From positions 1 to 33,263 of the forward strand of contig NIVC01003383.1 of NCBI GenBank assembly GCA_002269645.1: a stretch of 33,263 bases of DNA. Reading direction: 5' to 3'. The notes under the pieces were generated by a model, which searched no databases, was not told where the DNA came from, and was given only the letters and a program-made list of their open reading frames with translations. Below, piece after piece: positions 25,165-33,263 of this stretch. The stretch is from Macrostomum lignano. Lineage: Eukaryota. Every line of letters starts with the position of its first letter. Position 1 is the stretch's first letter. The translations under genes were made by a program, and so were the position numbers.

Positions 25165-27642
25165 ATGAAAGCATTGGCATCGCTGACTCTGTTAGCACTG
25201 CTGGCCTCCGTTGCAGCCACGGACTGCAAGCCCGGCCAGTTCGCCTGCAAAAAGTCCAACGCCACCGACTCGCTGATTTGCATCCCGGACGAGAGCCTGT
25301 GCGACGGCCTGGTCCACTGTCCCGACAAGGATGATGAAAACCTCGGCATGTGCAGCAAGCGCACCTGCGATTCCGCACTTCAGTTTGCCTGCAAGTCTCC
25401 CGGGCACTGCATCCCAATCGGCCGCAAGTGCGACGGCTCATTCGACTGCAAACGCCCCGGCCTTGACGATAAGTCCGACGAGCAGAACTGTCACGCTACC
25501 AACAAGCAGCTGATGCTGACGCAGACCGCCTGCGGCACTGGGCAGTTTGCCTGCCACAGTGGCGATCACTGCATCAGCAAGGAGTTCCACTGCGACGGTT
25601 TCAAAGACTGCCTCGACGGGTCTGACGAATTCAACTGCAAAATCGGATGCACCAAGAACGAATTCGAGTGCGACGGCCGCTGCGTTGATAAGAAGCTGAT
25701 TTGCGACGGCAAGCTGGACTGCGAAGATCATTCGGACGAATCCTCGTGCAAGTACAGCGAGTGCACGTTCTCTTCGGAGTTCAAGTGCCGCAACAGCAAC
25801 AAGTGCGTCTCCAAGAGCTTCCTGTGCGACACCAACAACGACTGCGACACTGGCGACGACGAGGTGTGCCCGGCCGCCCACCAAGTGTGCAAGGACCCCA
25901 AATATTGGACCTGCCTGTCCGGCAAATACTGCGTGCCCTTAGCCAACCGGTGCGACTCTCTGGTCCACTGTCCTGACGGCAGCGACGAGATGGACTGTCC
26001 GACCGTCGTGCCTCCGCCTGGCAAGACCGTGTGCGCTCCCGGCTACCACCTGTGCAACGGAACCCGGACCTGCGTCGACACCATGGCTGCCTGCGCCGGC
26101 AACGCCCGCTGCCCGCAGCCGGACTCTGAGCTGCACGAAATCTGCCGCAACCATCACAACGCCCAGAGTCCCTGTCACAGCAACAACGGCGGCTGCGAAC
26201 AGCTGTGCGAGCCTTTCCTGATCAATAACAAAGTGATGCCCCGCTGCTACTGCCATTCCGGCTACCAGAGCTCGCCTGACCAGCCTCACCGCTGCATCGA
26301 CATCAACGAGTGCGATGAGTTCGGCTTATGCGACCAGCTGTGCACCAACACGATTGGCAGCTACAAGTGCTCATGCCGGCCTGGATACACCTTGTTCGGC
26401 TCCACCTGCAAGGCCCACGGCTCAGTCAAGCTGATGTACAGCACCGATTCGCACATCGAGTACATGGATTTCGATTCCCATCAGCGAATTAAAGTACACA
26501 ACGAATATTACGTGAAGTACCTGTCATACGACTACGCCAACAAGCGCATTTTCTATCACGACCGAGCGGGCAACGTTGGCTCTGTGGCGATTGGCGGCTC
26601 CGACGAGCGGATCATCCTCAACTACACCGTCATCGACGCCATCGCCTACGACTGGACTCGCGGCCTGCTGTTTTACACTCGCCCTAAAAACATATTCGTT
26701 GACAATGACAGCGGCTACATCGGCGTTATCAACGTCACCTCCGGCCGGCAGGCCGTCGTTCGTGTACTCGACTGTCCCAGAGGCCTGGTCCTTGATCCCG
26801 AGCTGTTCACCGTCTACTTCACCATGTGGTGCGGCCAACAGCCGGGCATCTACAGCATGCGCATGGACGGCAGCGAGTTCCGCCTGCTGTTCAATCCCAG
26901 CACGCTACCTGGCTACTTGGCCATCGACACGGCGCAGAGTCCCGCCCGGCTGTACTGGACCGACGTGCGTCACAACGGTATCTACAGCGCCAACGTCAAA
27001 GGCCGCGATATGCGCGTCCACTTGCGCACCGGCAAGTACCACGACCTGGCGGTCTTCGAGGACAAGCTGTACATGACGCATTTGCACGAGGGCCGGCTGT
27101 ACCAAACCAACAAGTTTGTTCCGGAATCGCCAATAGAGATGCTGAACATCTCCTCGAACTCCATGCTAGCCGTGAGCGTTTATCACTCGCTGATGCAGCC
27201 TCGGCCTCGCGGCCAGCTGCCGCAGTGTGATTGTCAGCACATCTGCCTGGCGCCGCCGTCTGGAAAAGCTACCTGCCTGTGCGACATCAACTACCGAGCT
27301 GAGTCCAATGGCAACTCAACAAATTGCGTTGCCAAGCCCGGTCGTGGCCGTCTGTCCGGCCCTCTGACGCCGTCTCTGGAGCAGCTGGGCAGCGCGGACG
27401 CCAACAGGGAGGCGGACAACCAGCAGCCGGCAGAGGCTCGCGTCGGCTCCATCGCCGGCATCGTCATTGGCGCCCTCTGCGTCTGCCTGATCCTCGGCGT
27501 GGCCCTGGCCATGTACTGCCTGCGCGTCCAGGATAGGCAGTCCATCAGCCTGGTCGGCGAGGCTGGCGGCGACTCGTTAGTAAGCAAGTGCAAGGGTCGC
27601 GGCGGCATGTCGAAAGTGAGCTCGGTGAGCGCAATTTCTTAG
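25165..27642 (+). CDS. LDL-receptor family type I membrane protein (LDLR/VLDLR/lipophorin-receptor-like architecture), 825 aa
   Basis: Signal peptide MKALASLTLLALLASVAA; 7 LDLa repeats (e.g. CDGFKDCLDGSDEFNC); EGF plus Ca-binding EGF (DINECDEFGLCDQLCTNTIGSYKCSC); six YWTD-type blades (clearest RLYWTD); a third EGF; a TM helix at 27451-27522; a 39-aa tail. The extreme C-terminus may be spliced to a further exon. Confidence 0.93.
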   Translation: MKALASLTLLALLASVAATDCKPGQFACKKSNATDSLICIPDESLCDGLVHCPDKDDENLGMCSKRTCDSALQFACKSPGHCIPIGRKCDGSFDCKRPGLDDKSDEQNCHATNKQLMLTQTACGTGQFACHSGDHCISKEFHCDGFKDCLDGSDEFNCKIGCTKNEFECDGRCVDKKLICDGKLDCEDHSDESSCKYSECTFSSEFKCRNSNKCVSKSFLCDTNNDCDTGDDEVCPAAHQVCKDPKYWTCLSGKYCVPLANRCDSLVHCPDGSDEMDCPTVVPPPGKTVCAPGYHLCNGTRTCVDTMAACAGNARCPQPDSELHEICRNHHNAQSPCHSNNGGCEQLCEPFLINNKVMPRCYCHSGYQSSPDQPHRCIDINECDEFGLCDQLCTNTIGSYKCSCRPGYTLFGSTCKAHGSVKLMYSTDSHIEYMDFDSHQRIKVHNEYYVKYLSYDYANKRIFYHDRAGNVGSVAIGGSDERIILNYTVIDAIAYDWTRGLLFYTRPKNIFVDNDSGYIGVINVTSGRQAVVRVLDCPRGLVLDPELFTVYFTMWCGQQPGIYSMRMDGSEFRLLFNPSTLPGYLAIDTAQSPARLYWTDVRHNGIYSANVKGRDMRVHLRTGKYHDLAVFEDKLYMTHLHEGRLYQTNKFVPESPIEMLNISSNSMLAVSVYHSLMQPRPRGQLPQCDCQHICLAPPSGKATCLCDINYRAESNGNSTNCVAKPGRGRLSGPLTPSLEQLGSADANREADNQQPAEARVGSIAGIVIGALCVCLILGVALAMYCLRVQDRQSISLVGEAGGDSLVSKCKGRGGMSKVSSVSAIS

Positions 27643-29274
27643 TTGCTCTTTATTTTACTTATTAGATGACGAGGCATTGTCTTTAATCTTAAAGTTAATA
27701 GTTGCTCTCGCCGTTTACCATTTTCTAGTAGTTATTTAGCCTATAGCATCTTATTCAACTGACTGCTGACTAATGAATGACAGCCAGTGCTAAAGTGCAT
27801 TTTAATACGGGCAAAACGAGTGACGCTCAAACTCGCTCAGAGGGGTGCTCGAGGGGTGCTCGCTTTTATTGTTCCACTTGTTGCCTGCCAGTCTTTCTTT
27901 TTTCAAAACGGCCGCGTTCATTATTAACATGCAGCAGAACTCTTGTTCGAGTTGGAGTGGGAATGACTGTGCAAAAGCTCTCTTAGTTTATTAGCATCAG
28001 CCAAGCCAGCCAGTTTGCTAAAGGCGCGGTCGTCGCGCCTCACGCCACCGCCCGCCACGCGGCTTGGAGAGAGCGGTGGAGAGAGCCAGCCAAGCCTAAC
28101 ATTCAGCTGAACTGAACTGGGCCAGTGCGCGTGGGTGGGGCGGGAGTACCGGAGTTCGCGAAACGCCCGCTCCGCTTGCCGGCCAGACAGTGTGGTCCCA
28201 CCAGAGTGCGCAAGCAGTGTACTTAGGCTGGGGCGGGGTGTGTCACGTGAACGGCCTTGAGTCTCGCCACTGGGGGGCCGCGCCTCAGTTTCCTCGATAC
28301 TTACTGCAATACTGCTTGAAGCCTTCATTGGGTGTGGCCGTCTGCCGGCCTTGGCTTCCCTCTTGTCCGCCGTGTTTTCTGCCTCTTTGTCCTCCTCTTA
28401 GCTATGCAGACTGGCTGACTGACAGCCGCTTGCTGGGTCATGTGATGCGGAGTTTCTGTTTTTTCCTAACTAAGAGTGCATCTGCCATTGCATTGCAGAA
28501 AACTCCGCTGACCGAGTGCGAGATTGACGTCGAGCATGGCTCCAACCCGATTGGCAACAGTCGCGACCGGTTCTGACTGCTTTGAGAGGCTCGCAACTGA
28601 AGGCGCTGGATGGCCGAGTTATCCCGATGTGTTTTCTGTAGTGACTTTAGTACGAACCTCGCTTGCGAGGCCAGCTCAGTAGTTAGTGTTGTCGCGCCCT
28701 TTCCGCCACCTGTTTTTGCCATTTTTGCTCCTATTATTTTTGAGCGAACTGATTTACATGCAGCAAACAATTCTGCACCTGTGCGGCACTAATCAATCAA
28801 TCCAATAGGCATGTAGCGTCTTATCTACCTTTCTAGGCTTTCTATTGTTTTCCAATCTAAATATTCCGGAGAATTCCGGGAATTCTTTGCTGTTGTGAAG
28901 TGCACCTGTATAATATTTTACCTGAGTTTGGTAAAATACCTCAGTTTTTTCCTTTTGTTCGATTTAGCAATTGCAACTTTTGTTTTTGCCATTTCTTTAA
29001 TTAAATACAAAATATGATCAATCGGTTTTCGTTTAATAAATTGTTTTTGCTTGTTAGATTTCGCACTGTTCGAATTTGCAGAACTATAAATTTCCTATTC
29101 ATCTCCCTTATTTGTTTCGAATTGGAGCTATCGAATTCAAATCTCAAATTTGCGTAGAGTAACTATAAAGATAAACAATTTTGAATTGAAACCTGTTATT
29201 GAAATGTAAGAAAACTACATGTACTGTCTGTGATCGGAGGCTCGAAGACTTTCTAGCACAAAATCCTCTGCTGT

Positions 29275-30990
29275 CATCTATCAATCACAGATAATCATGT
29301 AACAATCACGAGAGGATCGTCTATCAACCACACAGAAAATCTTCTATCAACCACACAGAATCATCTATCAATCACAGAATATCTATCAATCACAGAATAT
29401 CTATCAAGCACAGAGAATCATCTAGCAACCACACAGAATCATATATCAATCACAGAATTATCTATCAATCACAGAGAATCATCTAGCAACCACAGAGAAT
29501 CATCTATCAATCACAGAGAATCATCTATCAATCACAGAGAATCATCTATCAATCACAGAGAATCATCTAGCAACCACAGAGAATCATCTATCAATCACAG
29601 AGAATCATCTATCAATCACAGAGAATCATCTATCAATCACAGAGAATCATCTATCAATCACAGAATATCTATCAATCACAGAATATCTATCAATCACAGA
29701 ATATCTATCAAGCACAGAGAATCATCTAGCAACCACACAGAATCATATATCAATCACAGAATTATCTATCAATCACAGAGAATCATCTATCAATCACAGA
29801 GAATCATCTAGCAACCACACAGAATCATCTATCAAGCACAGAGAATCATCTATCAATCACAGAATCGCACCACAGAGAATCACAAAATCATAGAGAATCA
29901 TCTATCAATCACAGAACCATCTATCAATCAAAGAATCATCTATCAACCACACAGAATCATCTATCAACCACACAGAATCATCTATCAACCACACAGAATC
30001 ATCTATCAATCACAGAGAATCATCTATCAATCACAGAGAATCATCTATCAATCACAGAGAATCATCTAGCAACCACAGAGAATCATCTATCAATCACAGA
30101 GAATCATCTATCAATCACAGAGAATCATCTTTCAATCACAGAATTATCTATCAATCACAGAAAATCATCTGTCAAGCACACAGAGAATCACAGAGAACCA
30201 CATAGAATCATCTATCAATCACAGAGAATATCATCTATCAATCACAGAGAATCATCTATCAATCACAGAATTATCTATCAATCACAGAATTATCTATCAA
30301 TCACAGAATTATCTATCAATCACAGAAAATCATCTGTCAAGCACACAGAGAATCACAGAGAACCACATAGAATCATCTATCAATCACAGAGAATTATCTG
30401 TCAACCACACGGACAATAATTTGTCAACCACACAGAGAATCATCTATCAATCACAGAATCGCACCACAGAGAATCACAGAAAATCATAGAGAATCATCTG
30501 TCAATCGCACAGAGAATTATCTATCAATCACAGAGAATCATCTATCAATCACAGATTCGTCTATCAACCACAGAGAGTTAGTTACTGTATCTATGAATCA
30601 CAGAATCATCTATGAATCACAAATAATCATCTATCAATTACAGAGAATTATCTATCAATCACAGAGAATTATCAATCAATCACAGAGAATTATCTATCAA
30701 TCACAGAATCATCTATCAATCACAGAGAATCATCTATCAATCACGTAAGCATCTATCAATCACAGAATCATCTATCAATCACAGAGAATCATCTATCAAT
30801 CACGTAAGCATCTATCAATCACAGAATCATCTATCAATCACAGAGAATCATCTATCAATCACGTAAGCATCTATCAATCACAGAATCATCTATCAATCGC
30901 GCAAGGGAATCATCTACATGTATTAACTACTGAGAATCATCTACTAACCACAGAGAATCATCCGTCAATCGCACAAGAGAATCACAATGC
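29275..30990. repeat. Degenerate 19-21-bp minisatellite (GAATCATCTATCAATCACAGA), about 1.7 kb
   Basis: Read directly. It contains internal multi-unit duplications, e.g. a 59-bp block about 3 times at 30741-30900. Confidence 0.95.
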
Positions 30991-32362
30991 TTTTATTCGG
31001 TCATTTCGGCCTAGTGAAAACAAAAAGCAACCAAAAATAAATTTATATTTATATATTATTTGCGCACAATTAAAAAATGGGGATGCAAGGCGGATAAAAA
31101 TGTCGAAATATCGACTTGCCCATGAATTGTGATAAAAACTGCTTTCCTTATACTCAGATTATACAGATCCATGGCTTCTGCAAAAAAGGGACGTTATAGA
31201 TGGATAGAAACTTCAGATAAAAGTGAAGAGTTCGCTTTAGCACACTAGAGAGAGAGGGGGGGGGAAGGAGAGAGAAAGAGAAGAGAGAGCTGAGAGAGAA
31301 TTAGGTCTAGTATCTAAACGCTCGAACTCCCACTTCCAGACCTTAAGCCTGGGAACAGAATAAAGTGTTTACTTACGGCGGTGGGCTCCTCTTCTGTGTC
31401 GGGCAGGTTCTCCGATCTCGTTCCTTGTATCTTCTTTGTTGTGCACGTTTGTTGAGTTCGCTTCTTCAAATCTTCTTCTTCTCCGGAGGAATCTTCTTGA
31501 AGTCTAGAATCGGCCGAATGAGAGCGTGACAATCAGATCAGGCGACGTCGCAGTATTTCTCGAATGCAAAAATCAATATAGGCCTTAAGCTCAGTAATCA
31601 ATATCAACGATGCGCCCTTATAACACAATCAACTTTCTGTAATAATCACGAGGTCCTCCAAGAAGGGCGTCTTCTTCTAGCAATAACGGAATCGGAGTCG
31701 TGTACTCCTATCGGTTAATCTAGGATAACCAAATCAATCACTCGATAATCCTCTAAGGGTATCGGAATCGGTCCGCAGATCCTATCCAATCCCTTAGGAA
31801 AAGGGGAGGCCTCAAATTCAATGAACTCAGTTAAATCAACGGATCAATAACGGCCGGCAATAAAATCGCTCTCAAAATCAATTCAATAACAAAGGCTCGA
31901 ACAAGAGCTCACCAATTGGTTTACTTCTTCCTCAGAGATGTAGCCTCGAGTAGCTTCTGCAGTATGCTCAAGATGTTTTGAGGCTGCTCCGAGTCTGAGA
32001 TTTTTAGCTCGGATTTTGGCTTGTATTTATAGAAAAACTTCTTGAAAAACAGATTATTTTTAGTAGGTGACAGTATAGCTTTTTGGAAATTTGACCCCTA
32101 TAGAATACATTAGGTTTGAACCTCAATACCATATTCAGAGTTCTAAATTTAAATGTTGCAAAAGATGGTCATTTGTTGCTTTCGTGGTCTTAAAAATAGA
32201 GTGTGACAATTTGCAGTTTTTAGCTTTTGAGTTTTCACGTTTTTACGTTACTACTTATAGTAACTTACTTTGTACCGTATTTGGAGATCTCTACAAAAGT
32301 ACTCATGGATCCTAACTACTAGCTTTTAAAAGTAAAACGCTTCACTAATTAAGACACGAATA

Positions 32363-32634
32363 GGGGTCGCCATCACAAACCCGAAATATCATAATTCCAC
32401 TGTCTCCACAAAGCAAAACAGTGTTGGACATTGCTAGAAATTTCGGAGTTATGATATTTTGGGTTTGTGATTTTTCGGGTTTATGATGTGCGTTGCTATC
32501 AATTCGGAGTTGTGATTTTTCGGGTTTATGATATTTCGGGTTTGTGATATTTCGGGTTTATGATATTTCGGGTTTATGATATTTCGGGTTTATGATATTT
32601 CGGGTTTATGATATTTCGGGTTTGTGAAGCCCCC
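32363..32634. mobile_element. MITE-like element with a perfect 21-bp inverted repeat and an expanded 16-bp subterminal repeat
   Basis: TCACAAACCCGAAATATCATA (32373-32393) is the exact reverse complement of 32607-32627. The outer ends are GGGG...CCCC, and tandem ATGATATTTCGGGTTT units lie on the right side. No target-site duplication seen. Confidence 0.5.
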
Positions 32635-33263
32635 AGCCCCCCCCCCCCACGAAGAGGAGCGAATCAATTTCACAAATCACATGTTAGTTGCGATTGTTTT
32701 AGAGTTCAAACCATGCGCAATACAGTTTACTTATAGTAGAGTAATCAAGAAAACTCTTTCAGTTTCGTTGTTTTCATTCGCTTATTTTAAGAAAAATTAA
32801 ACTCACCTCACCAGCATAGATTCCCTGAGAATTTTCACAGAGAAAAACATGCAGGTTCGGTCTGTTATGATGAGGCTCGTATTGCAAAACATGGTATTAT
32901 TTTACATTGCAAACATTCTACATTTTCACATTAGATTGATAAACTGCTATGTATCACTCACAGATCAATTTTCAGAATTAAATTTGCTGATTAAAACTTA
33001 GCTATCTCGGAATATCTCCTAATGATTAATTTGCTGATAATTATCTTTTCGTTACCACTAATTGTGGCTTGAGAGTCCAGCATTTTTTCGCTCGTATAGT
33101 AATTTATACATTTTATTTTTATTCCTATTTATTCGAATTCGACAAACTAATCGAATGGAAAGCATGAATAGATTGCCTTTTTTGCAAAAAGGAAGTCATT
33201 GAAGTCCTGGTTCTAATTCTGCGGATACAGCCCATGACATGACCCAATAAAGTAAATTCGAAT

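Noticed and set aside
25148-27608. Antisense and alternate-frame ORFs inside the receptor gene
   Set aside because: Expected shadow ORFs of GC3-rich coding sequence.

Overview
Eukaryotic (metazoan) genomic DNA, not prokaryotic. It has GC-rich exons with GT-AG introns, AT-rich intergenic DNA and about a dozen unrelated minisatellite arrays. This style is what I associate with the flatworm Macrostomum, but that is inference only. Main content: (1) a CpG-containing promoter-like island with a consensus RFX X-box (2760-2773), followed by a small two-exon gene of unknown function (3100-4410) whose intron is filled by a 24-bp array; (2) a 12-coding-exon CCDC60 orthologue (7132-21128, + strand, about 811 aa) that assembles into one open frame with consistent intron phases, with most long introns inflated by their own private minisatellite; (3) a rearranged, decayed RTE-like LINE (about 21990-22960) with a 5'-inversion-like geometry; (4) an orphan phase-1/phase-1 LDLa-like exon directly upstream of (5) an essentially intronless LDL-receptor-family gene (25165-27642) with a signal peptide, 7 LDLa repeats, EGF-EGF-YWTD-EGF, a TM helix and a short tail without NPxY; (6) a 1.7-kb degenerate 21-bp array and a MITE-like element near the right end. 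The most unusual single observation is that CCDC60 intron 7 is almost entirely a tandem array whose 32-bp unit is a copy of the 5' splice site itself. No CRISPR array, rRNA or tRNA was recognised. Most long ORFs in the supplied track are artefacts of stop-free repeats. All family assignments come from recalled motifs, not from searches.
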